Origin: an uncultured Ignavibacteria bacterium
Lineage (GTDB): Bacteria > Bacteroidota > Ignavibacteria > Kapaibacteriales > UBA2268
Length of the DNA stretch: 64,000 nt
Direction of reading: 5' to 3'
NCBI GenBank assembly: GCA_937127445.1
Contig: CAKZLY010000003.1
Location: 5,100 to 69,099 of the forward strand
Below are positions 40,061-49,801 of this stretch, one piece after another. Made by a program: the position numbers and the translations under genes. How positions within the stretch are numbered: the stretch's first letter is position 1; the number at the start of each line of letters is the position of its first letter. The notes under the pieces were generated by a model, which was given only the letters and a program-made list of their open reading frames with translations, was not told the DNA's origin and made no database searches.

Positions 40061-40103
40061 TTCCTTTTTATTCGAAAGTTTCATATTTTTGAATAAAAAG
40101 GAA
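40061..40103 (+). promoter_or_regulatory. perfect 13-bp inverted repeat whose 3' arm contains the ribE Shine-Dalgarno sequence
   Basis: ttcctttttattc (40061-40073) and gaataaaaaggaa (40091-40103) are exact reverse complements separated by a 17-nt loop. AAGGA at 40098-40102 lies 6 nt before the ribE ATG at 40109. Confidence 0.55.
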
Positions 40104-40108
40104 AATTT

Positions 40109-40747
40109 ATGTTTACGGGATTAATTGAAGAAATTGGCAAAGTGCAAAAGGTCCAGCCTATTGGTGGGGGACAAAAATTTACCATCGAGGCGAAAAAGAT
40201 TTTCGAGGATTTGAAAATTGATGATTCAGTTGCAATAAACGGTGTTTGCCAAACTGTTACCGAAATAAATAGGAATTCTTTTTCGTTTGTGGCTGTCGAA
40301 GAAACCTTATTGAAAACAACATTAAGCGATCTGAGAACAGGCAGCGCTGTCAATTTGGAGCGAGCATTGCGTCCAATTGATAGAATGGGTGGTCATATTG
40401 TTCAGGGACACGTTGATTGCATCGGGATTATCACCAAAATTGAGCGTCTTGCGACAGCTGTGCTTTTGTGGATACAGTTTCCCAAAGAGTTCGAAAAGTA
40501 TGTTGTTCGAACTGGTTCAATATGTATTGATGGAGTGAGCCTGACAACAGCCAGAATTCAGTCGAATGTTTTTATGGTCTCGATCATTCCTCATACCTTG
40601 GAAAAGACAATTCTAAAAGAATATACAATTGGCACAAAAGTAAATCTTGAATTTGATATAATTGGGAAGTACGTAGAGAAAATTTTGGGAAGCTCGCTGG
40701 GAAGCTCAAGTATTTTAGAACAGTTTAAGGACCAGCCTGAATGGTGA
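40109..40747 (+). CDS. ribE: riboflavin synthase (alpha chain)
   Basis: 212 aa (MFTGLIEEIG...VNGVCQTV...IDGVSLTT). The two lumazine-binding repeats are present. Confidence 0.9.
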   Translation: MFTGLIEEIGKVQKVQPIGGGQKFTIEAKKIFEDLKIDDSVAINGVCQTVTEINRNSFSFVAVEETLLKTTLSDLRTGSAVNLERALRPIDRMGGHIVQGHVDCIGIITKIERLATAVLLWIQFPKEFEKYVVRTGSICIDGVSLTTARIQSNVFMVSIIPHTLEKTILKEYTIGTKVNLEFDIIGKYVEKILGSSLGSSSILEQFKDQPEW

Positions 40748-40863
40748 TTTCCCTCAGTGAATAACTTTCTGTATATTAATGCACTATGAAAATAATAGAA
40801 ATGATTAATTAAAATTAACAATATTATTAAACGTCTTTAATTTTTATAATTTTCTGAATTAAA

Positions 40864-42918
40864 ATGGGAATTTGGAGGTTCTTAATGAATGAAAATCGTG
40901 ATAGCGGAAAGAAAAGGAGAAATTACGATGACCCGAAGCAAGACCAGCAGCAATTTTTCCGTAATATGATGATATGGATGTTTTTGATTGCAACTGCTTT
41001 CACTTTGTATATTTTATTTCAACAGGAAACAAGCAGTCAGGAATGGCCTGTTTCCTACTCTGAATATGTAAGTTTTCTGGAACAGGATTTAATTTCCTCT
41101 GCCAAGGTTGTGAAAACATCTTTCAATGATATTGAATTCAAAGGTATATTGAAAGAGCCTGTAACTATTAATTTTGAGGGGAAAACAAGAGAAATCACAA
41201 GATTTTCCACTAAATTAGGGGTTTTAGATAGTGAAGCTGAAAAAGTATGGAAAGAAAAGGGAATAAGCCTAACATACGAAAGCGGTGATAATGCCTGGTG
41301 GGGTGCGATTTTATCCATTCTTCCCTGGATATTATTAATTGGGCTATACATTTTCTTTATTCGGAGGATGTCTGGTGGAAATTCGACGCGCGGAATATTC
41401 AATTTTGGCAAATCTCGTGCAAGATTGCTGACTGATAGTCAGAACAAAGTTACTTTCAAAGATGTTGCTGGTGCAGATGAAGCAAAATATGAATTAATGG
41501 AAATCATTGAGTTTTTGAAGGATCCGCTAAAATTCCAGAGGTTAGGTGGTAAAATACCAAAAGGGGTGCTTCTTTTGGGACCGCCGGGAACTGGTAAGAC
41601 ATTGCTTGCGCGCGCAGTTGCCGGCGAAGCAGGAGTGCCTTTTTTCTCGATTTCGGGTGCAGACTTTGTGGAAATGTTTGTTGGAGTTGGAGCAAGTCGC
41701 GTAAGAGATTTATTCGAACAGGCTAAGAAAAATTCACCGTGTATTGTTTTTATAGATGAGATTGACGCTGTAGGACGCCATCGTGGAGCGGGGCTTGGTG
41801 GTGGACATGATGAACGGGAACAAACGTTGAATCAGCTTCTGGTTGAAATGGATGGTTTTGAACAAAACAGTGGTGTTATTGTGATTGCAGCGACGAACAG
41901 GCCAGACGTACTGGATCCGGCATTGCTTCGTCCGGGAAGATTTGACCGTCATATTGTAGTTGATAGACCAGATGTGAAAGGACGTGAAGGTATCTTCCGG
42001 GTACACACCGCAAAGCTTCCATTAGGAAAGGATGTAGACTTAGAAGTATTGGCTAAATCTACACCAGGGCTTTCGGGTGCCGATATTGCTAATATTGTGA
42101 ATGAGGCAGCTCTTTTCGCTGCAAGAAGGAACAGCGATGTAGTTACAATGTATGATTTCGAACAGGCTAAAGACAAAGTTCTTATGGGTGTAGAAAGAAA
42201 AAGTCTTGTGATTTCTCCAAAAGAGAAAGAGATGACCGCGTATCACGAAATGGGGCACGCACTTGTTCGATATTTTATTCCTAATGCCGATAAGGTTCAT
42301 AAAGTAACGATTATTCCACGTGGGCGAGCACTTGGAGTTACTACTTTTCTGCCAAACGAGGACCAGCATTCTCTTACAAAGGACTATATTGAAACACAAA
42401 TTATCACTTTACTTGCTGGGCGCGCCGCCGAGAAAATTGTTTTTGGTAATCTTACCACTGGTGCAGCGAATGATTTGCAGCGTGCTACTCAACTTGCACG
42501 AAAAATGGTGTGCGACTGGGGAATGAGCGAGGAAATTGGTCCGATTACTTTTGCTCATCAGCACGAAGAAGTGTTCTTAGGACGAGATATTTCTCAACCT
42601 CGAGACCACAGTGAACTTACAGCACAACTTATTGACAGCGAAGTAAGAAAAATATTAATTCACTGCTCAAATAAAGCCGAACAAATATTGAATGACAATC
42701 TTGAACTGCTTCATAAAACTGCTAAAATTCTACTTGAAAGAGAAACATTGGATTCAAGCGAGCTCGAGGCCATTATTCGTGGAGAAGAGCTACCTCCTAT
42801 TTCGATGAACGCATTGAATGCAATTAAAGCTATGGCTTTTTCTTCGCGTTCAGATAATTTACAACAAGACAATAAAGAAAACAGCGAAAGTATTGAAAAT
42901 AATGGGACATCGAGTTAA
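40864..42918 (+). CDS. ftsH: ATP-dependent zinc metalloprotease FtsH
   Basis: 684 aa with Walker [15 protein letters not shown], the SRH region and the zinc motif HEMGHAL. The start may be the second Met at 40885. Confidence 0.95.
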   Translation: MGIWRFLMNENRDSGKKRRNYDDPKQDQQQFFRNMMIWMFLIATAFTLYILFQQETSSQEWPVSYSEYVSFLEQDLISSAKVVKTSFNDIEFKGILKEPVTINFEGKTREITRFSTKLGVLDSEAEKVWKEKGISLTYESGDNAWWGAILSILPWILLIGLYIFFIRRMSGGNSTRGIFNFGKSRARLLTDSQNKVTFKDVAGADEAKYELMEIIEFLKDPLKFQRLGGKIPKGVLLLGPPGTGKTLLARAVAGEAGVPFFSISGADFVEMFVGVGASRVRDLFEQAKKNSPCIVFIDEIDAVGRHRGAGLGGGHDEREQTLNQLLVEMDGFEQNSGVIVIAATNRPDVLDPALLRPGRFDRHIVVDRPDVKGREGIFRVHTAKLPLGKDVDLEVLAKSTPGLSGADIANIVNEAALFAARRNSDVVTMYDFEQAKDKVLMGVERKSLVISPKEKEMTAYHEMGHALVRYFIPNADKVHKVTIIPRGRALGVTTFLPNEDQHSLTKDYIETQIITLLAGRAAEKIVFGNLTTGAANDLQRATQLARKMVCDWGMSEEIGPITFAHQHEEVFLGRDISQPRDHSELTAQLIDSEVRKILIHCSNKAEQILNDNLELLHKTAKILLERETLDSSELEAIIRGEELPPISMNALNAIKAMAFSSRSDNLQQDNKENSESIENNGTSS

Positions 42919-42948
42919 ATTTAGAGGAATAAAGATAACGTATCTATA

Positions 42949-42984
42949 AAATTGGCTGCCTCACTCAACAGAGACAGCCAATTT
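42949..42984. terminator. bidirectional terminator between convergent ftsH and the lipoprotein gene
   Basis: A 14-bp stem (aaattggctgcctc / gagacagccaattt) has one mismatch and an 8-nt loop. Confidence 0.7.
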
Positions 42985-42991
42985 ATTATGA

Positions 42992-43537
42992 TTAAAGCCC
43001 CTGTTTTTGAAGGAATACGCCTTTATCTACTTTGGAGAAGAAATCCTGATAGAATTTAGCATCATCGACTGAATATACTTTAATCACATTTCCAGTATTA
43101 TCCAGCTCTTTGGCTTGAAAATTTGCACGAACTTTTGTTTGCCGTCCGTATTCAGTTACATTGATTGAAACTTCAATTTGCTTAATTTTTTTATAAATCT
43201 CGCGCTGATTGGAGCTATTATTTGCGTTTGCAAGAGACAAGAAGAACTGCTCCCAAAAATCATCTTTTTGACCACGTGAGTTAGAAAGATCAATTTCTTT
43301 TGATGCAGTAACTAAACCTAAGTCAACGACAGCATTTTTAACAATATAACCATCGTCTTGCAAAACGTTAAGGACAGATTTCATCACAAGTTTTACATCG
43401 TTAGTGTCGAAATATCGAGTTTGAAATTCACGTATTTGAGTTTGGGTCATTTGGGTTTCCTGACGTGAAGTATTAACCACAGTACAGGACGACAAAGCCA
43501 GTAGAAACAAGAGCAATATTAACGAATATGTTTTCAT
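42992..43537 (-). CDS. lipoprotein of unknown function
   Basis: 181 aa with the lipobox LALSSC. The mature domain is mixed alpha/beta and I cannot assign a family. Confidence 0.6.
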   Translation of the reverse strand: MKTYSLILLLFLLALSSCTVVNTSRQETQMTQTQIREFQTRYFDTNDVKLVMKSVLNVLQDDGYIVKNAVVDLGLVTASKEIDLSNSRGQKDDFWEQFFLSLANANNSSNQREIYKKIKQIEVSINVTEYGRQTKVRANFQAKELDNTGNVIKVYSVDDAKFYQDFFSKVDKGVFLQKQGL

Positions 43538-43548
43538 TGCATCCTCCG

Positions 43549-43968
43549 TTAAAATTTGCTTGCGTGGTATGCGAATGAATCGACTTTACCTTGTTCGTTC
43601 ATTTTAATTACAACAGTTAATGTTTTTTGGGTTACGGTAGCGGTTGAGGATGAGTTCCCTTGTGCAAAGAGAACAAGGAATAGTACGTTTGCACTTTCGC
43701 TATATCGGGCTTCGGTAGCGATACGGTCATACACCCAGGTTTCGTAGCCATTTTGGTCGCGTGTGATAATATTAGGCGAGCCGAGGGTTTCAATAACTTC
43801 TGCACCAGACATACCTTTGCGTAATTCTTTCTGCAAGGTGCCGACTGTAATTTGTTTTTCCTGACTACCAGATTGAGCGGAATACGAGCCACCAGAAGTA
43901 ACAGTGCAAGAACTAATACCAAGAACCAAAGTGATTGCTAATATGCTTGTTAAGAATACCTTTTTCAT
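43549..43968 (-). CDS. lipoprotein with a BamE/SmpA-OmlA-like domain
   Basis: The start is moved to the ATG at 43968, preceded by GGAGG. It has the lipobox GISSC, and LRKGMSGAEVIETLGSPN...TWVY resembles the BamE fold signature. Confidence 0.55.
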   Translation of the reverse strand: MKKVFLTSILAITLVLGISSCTVTSGGSYSAQSGSQEKQITVGTLQKELRKGMSGAEVIETLGSPNIITRDQNGYETWVYDRIATEARYSESANVLFLVLFAQGNSSSTATVTQKTLTVVIKMNEQGKVDSFAYHASKF

Positions 43969-44001
43969 AAGAACCTCCATAATTATATTAAGTAAATAAT
44001 G

Positions 44002-44736
44002 TTAAAATTCGAAAACAAGACCGATTTGGAAAGTTGCAATATCAGTTTTGGATTTAGAACGGCGGAATTCGGGTGACGAATCAGGATTGATTTGTTTAAC
44101 TATATAGTAGTCAACTGTTGAGCCTTTTGCATATCGCGCTTTAATATCCAGCAGCAAGCGAGAATAGTAGCTTGGAAGAGTAACAAAGTCAACTAACTTA
44201 ATCATTGTGCCAACACCCAAACCTGCATTCCAGCCTGCTGAAAGTTCATTTTTTGAATCTTCAATCCCAAAAGCAGATTTAAAATCACTATTAGCGTTGA
44301 ATAGTGTAAATCCGACGAATGCTTCGAAGTATGGGAAGAAATATTCAGCAACATTTGGGCGAATTTGCATAAAAACTGTTACAGGAATAATCATATTTTG
44401 GTAGGAAACTGTATCTCTGAGGTAGGTCCAGCCACCTTGATTTTTATAGCGGAAGATACGTTCGTCACCACCATAAAACAGCAAATCTGTTTGCAAACCA
44501 AGCGTAATTGGAACGGGCGCAAAGTTGTAACCACCATACAGTGAAAATCCCTGACCCGAACGTTTCAGATTATCGTAGAATTCTTTTTGTGGGACAGAAT
44601 TAGTAAAGCTAAGCCCAAACATACCTTTCAGCGGTTTATTTTTTAAAGCTTCGATTTCTTGCTGTTCAGTTTGAGCGATAGCTGAAAATGAAATCAAAGT
44701 AAGTCCCATGATTAATGATAATAACGTTTTTTTCAT
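44002..44736 (-). CDS. small outer-membrane beta-barrel protein (OmpW/OprF-N-like porin family)
   Basis: 244 aa with a signal peptide. It shows alternating hydrophobic beta pattern and a C-terminal ...GLVFEF ending in Phe, the OMP sorting signature. Confidence 0.65.
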   Translation of the reverse strand: MKKTLLSLIMGLTLISFSAIAQTEQQEIEALKNKPLKGMFGLSFTNSVPQKEFYDNLKRSGQGFSLYGGYNFAPVPITLGLQTDLLFYGGDERIFRYKNQGGWTYLRDTVSYQNMIIPVTVFMQIRPNVAEYFFPYFEAFVGFTLFNANSDFKSAFGIEDSKNELSAGWNAGLGVGTMIKLVDFVTLPSYYSRLLLDIKARYAKGSTVDYYIVKQINPDSSPEFRRSKSKTDIATFQIGLVFEF

Positions 44737-44826
44737 AATTTTTTCAATTGTTAAAATTCACAAAATTTTCTTAAATGTATTACGTAATTTGTATTACAAT
44801 GTTACATTTTACTTAAAGAATATTTT

Positions 44827-46146
44827 ATGAAAAAATTTTTATTAACTTTTTCTTTATTATTACTTTTTGTTAATCACCTTTTCAGTGAGCAAGATTTCAA
44901 AATTTCAGGGGATTTCCAATTAAGAACTGAGCTGGATGGAAGAGACTTTTCGAACAAAACATATCCACTTAGTTTTACTTCGATGCGTACTAAAATTGGA
45001 TTAGAAAAAAATTTAACGAAAAACATCAGTATATATTTTCAGATACGTGATTCAAGGTTGTGGGGTGAATCAAAAAACACGATTTACAATTTGAAGAATT
45101 TAGATTTACATCAGGGGTATGTTCAATTCGATAATATTCTTGATGAGCCGATTAGCGTTAAAGCAGGACGCTTCGAGATGCAATTCCGCAACGGAAGATA
45201 TTTTTCAATTAACAACTTTCATTATATTACCCGGTCGTGGGATGGAGTATTGTTTAGCTACGACACAAAACCATTTGGAATAAACGTTTTTGCATTAACT
45301 CATAGTCGTTCGGTTGATGCATACATTGGACGAGCAACACCGGATACAGCACAATATTCCTATCCATCGAAACCGGAGGAGGGACATAATGTTTATGGAG
45401 TTTGGGGCAAATTTGCTTTTGACAGAGAACATTATTTAGACATTTTTTCATATTATGATTTCAATAGAAAAAGAACATCGAAAGGAAATTACACATCAAA
45501 CAGATTTATGAGTGGGTTTTATTATAAATTTAGCTATGATGATTTTTTTGCACTGCTTGAAGGAGCTTACCAAGGTGGCGAAGCAGGAGACCAAATAAAT
45601 AGCAAAGCACCAAGAATTATTCAAGCTTTTAATATTGCAGGAAGTCTCAATTATAAGATTGATGATTTAACTATAGGACTAAATGCAGATATATTATCTG
45701 GAACATCTGAAAAAGATTTGTCCGAAGGGAAGTTTTATAGAACATTTGACGTTACATACCAAGGCAAGCATTCATTTTATTCAGGTATGGACTATTTCAG
45801 TGATATTCAAAAATCAACGAATAACAGAGGTTTAAACGACTTGTTTATAAAAATCACCTATGATATGAAGCCCTGGTCGTTCATTTTCGAGGGACATAAT
45901 TTTACGACCAACAAAGCATATAAATTGCAAAACAATGAAAATAGTAGAGATTTAGGAACTGAATTATATTTAATCACTCGTGTGAATTTACTCAAAAATG
46001 CAACTCTTGAATGGGGCAAAGCTATATTTATCCCTGGCGAAGTGATGAAAGACGTTTATGATGTAAATAAAAATGATGGGATTGGAAACTATGATAGAAC
46101 AGATCCATCATTTTGGACATATTTAATGTTGAAAGTAGGTTTTTAG
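44827..46146 (+). CDS. outer-membrane beta-barrel protein, alginate-export (AlgE-like) family candidate
   Basis: 439 aa with a signal peptide. The N-terminal GDFQLRTELDGRDFSN is typical of the family, and the C-terminal MLKVGF ends in Phe. Confidence 0.55.
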   Translation: MKKFLLTFSLLLLFVNHLFSEQDFKISGDFQLRTELDGRDFSNKTYPLSFTSMRTKIGLEKNLTKNISIYFQIRDSRLWGESKNTIYNLKNLDLHQGYVQFDNILDEPISVKAGRFEMQFRNGRYFSINNFHYITRSWDGVLFSYDTKPFGINVFALTHSRSVDAYIGRATPDTAQYSYPSKPEEGHNVYGVWGKFAFDREHYLDIFSYYDFNRKRTSKGNYTSNRFMSGFYYKFSYDDFFALLEGAYQGGEAGDQINSKAPRIIQAFNIAGSLNYKIDDLTIGLNADILSGTSEKDLSEGKFYRTFDVTYQGKHSFYSGMDYFSDIQKSTNNRGLNDLFIKITYDMKPWSFIFEGHNFTTNKAYKLQNNENSRDLGTELYLITRVNLLKNATLEWGKAIFIPGEVMKDVYDVNKNDGIGNYDRTDPSFWTYLMLKVGF

Positions 46147-46220
46147 CAAAAAATATTGTTTATTAATGAAAATAATGATATTTTAGAGAATATTTTCCAT
46201 TAATATTCAAGGAGTTGAAG

Positions 46221-47243
46221 ATGAAAGTATTGAAGTATTGTTTACTTGTTTGTTTTTCAGTTATTTTATTTAGCGGATGCGGCAATAAACATGGGAAACC
46301 CGTAGAAATACAGGATTTGAAGGAATACAAGGACGAAGCAGTTGGATTTTCGCTCAAATACCCTTCAAACTGGGTAGTAACTAAACTAACAGGTGTTCGC
46401 TTTGCTGCATTTTCATCGAACAATGCAAAACCACGTTTTGCAAGATATGATACAGAAGGTTTCCCTGGTGCTAAAATTGATGTAAATGTTGTAAAAATTG
46501 ACAGTGTGGTTACTCTTGATAGTATTATTAAAGTAAACAAGACATTCCAACCAGATTTGTATAAGTTTGATGAAGTAATGTTAGATGGAGTAAAGGCAAG
46601 TAAGTTTACTTATTCATTTGAGTTAGAAGATGGAGAATTTATGGGTGAATTGTATGTAGCTACAAAAGATGGGAAACTTGCAACTGTTTTATTCTTCGAA
46701 GCATTTGCAAATACTTGGGATATGTATAAAGACAAATTTAACGAGATTGTTTCGTCTTTGAAATTGGCAGTCGAGCCGGCAGCTCCAACAGCAGTTGCCA
46801 TCAATGCTGAAGAACCACCAGCATCTGTTAATTTAGTACCAAAGTCAGGTCCTGGATATGTTATAATGGTACCTGACAACTTCAATCTTACAAAAGGCAT
46901 TGCTCGCAATGTAATTTCATCGCAGAATTATATTGGCAAGCGTCGTGCTGATTGCAATATTCAAGTTGATGTAATTGATGCTTCACAATCGAAAAACTTG
47001 AAGAAAATTGTTGAAGAAAACAGACCTACATATAAAAATAGTGGCGAACCAAGGGCAATAAATTTGGGTGGCGTGGAAGCATATATGTTTTCATATCAGC
47101 CAACTGGACAGGTAAAAGGACGAGTATATTTCGCATTGAAAGGTGAGAGATTATATAGAATTACAATGAATTGGTTCGTAGGTGAGGAAAAAGATTATCT
47201 ACCTGTGTTCGAAAAATCTGTAACCTCAATTAAATTTGAATAA
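46221..47243 (+). CDS. lipoprotein with two PsbP/DcrB-like repeats (hypothetical)
   Basis: The start is moved to the ATG at 46221, preceded by AAGGAG. It has the lipobox LFSGC. Two halves each begin with an aromatic-x-h-x-h-P-x-N-[WF] segment (FSLKYPSNW / YVIMVPDNF). Confidence 0.6.
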   Translation: MKVLKYCLLVCFSVILFSGCGNKHGKPVEIQDLKEYKDEAVGFSLKYPSNWVVTKLTGVRFAAFSSNNAKPRFARYDTEGFPGAKIDVNVVKIDSVVTLDSIIKVNKTFQPDLYKFDEVMLDGVKASKFTYSFELEDGEFMGELYVATKDGKLATVLFFEAFANTWDMYKDKFNEIVSSLKLAVEPAAPTAVAINAEEPPASVNLVPKSGPGYVIMVPDNFNLTKGIARNVISSQNYIGKRRADCNIQVDVIDASQSKNLKKIVEENRPTYKNSGEPRAINLGGVEAYMFSYQPTGQVKGRVYFALKGERLYRITMNWFVGEEKDYLPVFEKSVTSIKFE

Positions 47244-47265
47244 ACAAAAGTAAATCTAGATTTAG

Positions 47266-47304
47266 AAAAAAAGAGGTTGTTTCAATTGGACAACCTCTTT
47301 TTAT
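47266..47304. terminator. bidirectional terminator between convergent genes
   Basis: A perfect 10-bp stem (aagaggttgt / acaacctctt) closes a 9-nt loop. Flanking A and T runs can extend it. Confidence 0.8.
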
Positions 47305-47332
47305 ATTTATTAGAAAGATTTTTCAATAAAAA

Positions 47333-48757
47333 TTACCAGACGTCTGGATTTTTGAGATATTCGTCAATTGCAGCAGCAGCTTTGCGACCAGCACCCATTG
47401 CAAGGATAACAGTTGCGCCGCCAGTAACAATATCACCGCCAGCAAAAACACCTTTTTTGTTTGTTTTCATAGTATTTTCATCGACAAGTATATTGCCCCA
47501 CTTATTAACTTTCAGGTCAGGAGTAGTAGAGCTAATAATTGGGTTTGAACCATTGCCGATAGCAACAACTACTACATCAACAGGAATAGTTTCGATAGCA
47601 TTAGGGATAGGAATTGGACGACGGCGTCCGGAAGCATCTGGTTCGCCAAGTTGCATTTTTTGCACAACCATTTCGCGCAGATTGCCAATTTCATCGCCAC
47701 GAAGCTCAAGTGGAGCATAGAGGAGCATAAACTCTACGCCTTCTTCCTTAGCGTGATGAACCTCTTCTATACGGGCGGGCATTTCGGCTTCTGTTCTGCG
47801 ATAGCAAATAATCGCGCGTTTAGCATCAAGACGAAGTGAGGTACGAACAGCATCCATTGCAGTATTACCACCACCAAAAACGACAACAGTTTTGCCTTTA
47901 ATGTTGAAAATTGGAGTATCGGCATTAGGAAATTCATAAGCACGCATTAGATTAACACGCGTAAGGAATTCATTGGAAGAATAAACTCCATTTAGATGCT
48001 CACCGGGGACGCCCAAGAAATATGGCAAACCAGCACCAACGCCTAAGAAAACAGCATCGAAACGTTGTAAAAGTTCGTCAACTGTTTCAGTTAATCCGAT
48101 AATGTAATTTGTAATAAAATTAACGCCTAATTTTTTCAATCCTTCGACTTCGGCACGGACAATTTCTTTTGGCAAACGAAATTCAGGAATACCGTAGATA
48201 AGCACACCGCCGATTTCGTGAAGGGCTTCGAAAACGGTAACATCGTGCCCCATCTGGATTAAATCGCCAGCACAACTCAATCCCGCGGGACCGCCACCGA
48301 CGATAGCCACTTTCCTACCTGTTTTTGGCTTGGTTTCAGCGATTTGCAGACCAATTGTTTGGCGTTCCCAATCGGCAGCCCAACGTTCGAGGTAGCCGAT
48401 AGCAACGGGTTGTCCCTTTTTGGCTAAGATGCAGACTTTTTCGCATTGCTCTTCTTGTGGACATACTCTGCCACAAACAGCAGGCAAAGCATTGTCCTCT
48501 TTTAAAATTGCAGCAGCTTCTTTATATTTGCCTTCAGCAATCATTTTAATGAAATCAGGGATTTTAACTGATACTGGACAACCAGCAATGCAAGCAGGCT
48601 TTTTGCATTGCAAGCAGCGTTCAGCTTCGCGGCGGGCAGTTTCTTCGTCGTAACCTAAATTAACCTCTAAGAAATTCTTAATACGTTCGTTGGGATCTTG
48701 TTCGGGCATTTTATGTCTTGGGATAGCCATTCTTTCTTTTGGTGTAAGTTCTGCCAT
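47333..48757 (-). CDS. NADPH-dependent glutamate synthase beta-chain-like oxidoreductase (NfnB/SudA-type large subunit)
   Basis: 474 aa. An N-terminal Fe-S cysteine cluster (CLQCKKPACIAGCP...CGRVCPQEEQCEKVC) is followed by FAD/NAD Rossmann motifs (VGGGPAGL, FGGGNTAMD). Confidence 0.8.
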   Translation of the reverse strand: MAELTPKERMAIPRHKMPEQDPNERIKNFLEVNLGYDEETARREAERCLQCKKPACIAGCPVSVKIPDFIKMIAEGKYKEAAAILKEDNALPAVCGRVCPQEEQCEKVCILAKKGQPVAIGYLERWAADWERQTIGLQIAETKPKTGRKVAIVGGGPAGLSCAGDLIQMGHDVTVFEALHEIGGVLIYGIPEFRLPKEIVRAEVEGLKKLGVNFITNYIIGLTETVDELLQRFDAVFLGVGAGLPYFLGVPGEHLNGVYSSNEFLTRVNLMRAYEFPNADTPIFNIKGKTVVVFGGGNTAMDAVRTSLRLDAKRAIICYRRTEAEMPARIEEVHHAKEEGVEFMLLYAPLELRGDEIGNLREMVVQKMQLGEPDASGRRRPIPIPNAIETIPVDVVVVAIGNGSNPIISSTTPDLKVNKWGNILVDENTMKTNKKGVFAGGDIVTGGATVILAMGAGRKAAAAIDEYLKNPDVW

Positions 48758-48758
48758 A

Positions 48759-49628
48759 TTATTGCTCCTTTTGCTTTTTAAGTTCTTCGTTGAACATTTT
48801 GTCGTAATTACATTCTAAGTCTCGCAAGCTAATTTCTTCTTCGTTGCGATATACTCTATTTCTTTGTTTTAAGATTTCAAAATCTACTGCGTGGGCATCG
48901 AATTCCGGACCATCGACGCAAGCGAAAACCGCTTTTCCATCGACAACAACACGGCAACCTCCGCACATTCCGGTACCATCAACCATAATTGGATTGAGGC
49001 TAACAACGGTTTTAATATTATGTGGTTTTGTAACTTTGGCTACTGCTTCCATCATAGGGATAGGGCCAATAGCAAGCACAAAATCAATTTTTCTTCCTTC
49101 ATCAATCAATTGCTGTAATTTATCAGTTACAAAGCCGTGAAATCCATAAGAGCCATCATCGGTTGTTGGATAAACTTCATCGGCAATTTGTTTCATTTCG
49201 TTTTCGAGGATAACATAGTCTTTGGAGCGGCCACCGATGATAGAGATAACATAGTTTCCAGCATCTTTTAGTGCTTTTGCAGTTGGATAAGCAATAGCAG
49301 TGCCGACGCCGCCGCCAATGCTGACCGCAGTTCCAAAATGCTCTATATGAGAAGGTTTTCCGAGAGGACCAACAACATCAAGAATGAAATCGCCAGCGTT
49401 TAGGGTGTTAAGCAGGCGGGTAGTTTTGCCAACACCTTGAACAATGATTGTGATTGTGCCATCAGCTGGGTTGCTATCGGCAATTGTGATTGGGATACGT
49501 TCTCCTTTTTCGTGAACGCGTAGAATAATAAACTGCCCTGCTTTTCTTTTTTCAGCGATTTTAGGAGCTTCAATTCGGAATAACTTTACTTCTGGTGCTA
49601 AAAAACGGGCTTCTACAATTTTATTCAT
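48759..49628 (-). CDS. sulfide/dihydroorotate dehydrogenase-like FAD/NAD-binding subunit (NfnA/SudB-type small subunit)
   Basis: 289 aa with a ferredoxin-NADP-reductase-like fold (GQFIILRV, GGGVGTA). A C-terminal [2Fe-2S] Cys cluster is present (CGGCRV...CVDGP). It lies 1 nt upstream of the large subunit. Confidence 0.8.
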   Translation of the reverse strand: MNKIVEARFLAPEVKLFRIEAPKIAEKRKAGQFIILRVHEKGERIPITIADSNPADGTITIIVQGVGKTTRLLNTLNAGDFILDVVGPLGKPSHIEHFGTAVSIGGGVGTAIAYPTAKALKDAGNYVISIIGGRSKDYVILENEMKQIADEVYPTTDDGSYGFHGFVTDKLQQLIDEGRKIDFVLAIGPIPMMEAVAKVTKPHNIKTVVSLNPIMVDGTGMCGGCRVVVDGKAVFACVDGPEFDAHAVDFEILKQRNRVYRNEEEISLRDLECNYDKMFNEELKKQKEQ

Positions 49629-49801
49629 TAATACCTCTGATCATTTATTTTTAAATAAATAATTATCGAATTAAATATAAATCGAAAAGTTTAATTTATG
49701 AAAATATCATAATTGATAAAAGAAAAATATTATAAGTATGATTACAAGATATAATAACAAAATCGTATATTTGCATTTATGTTGAGAAATATAGAATAAA
49801 T

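Noticed and set aside
40021-40108. FMN (RFN) riboswitch upstream of ribE
   Set aside because: The spacer is only 88 nt and lacks the multi-stem conserved RFN core. Only a single simple hairpin is present, and that is reported separately.
47277-47720. A 147-aa plus-strand ORF antisense to the NfnB/GltD-like gene, and similarly 46163-46540 (minus) and 838-1212 (plus)
   Set aside because: Each is antisense to a strongly supported gene. The compositions are odd (for example a P/A/S/I-rich mirror translation) and no independent coding evidence exists.
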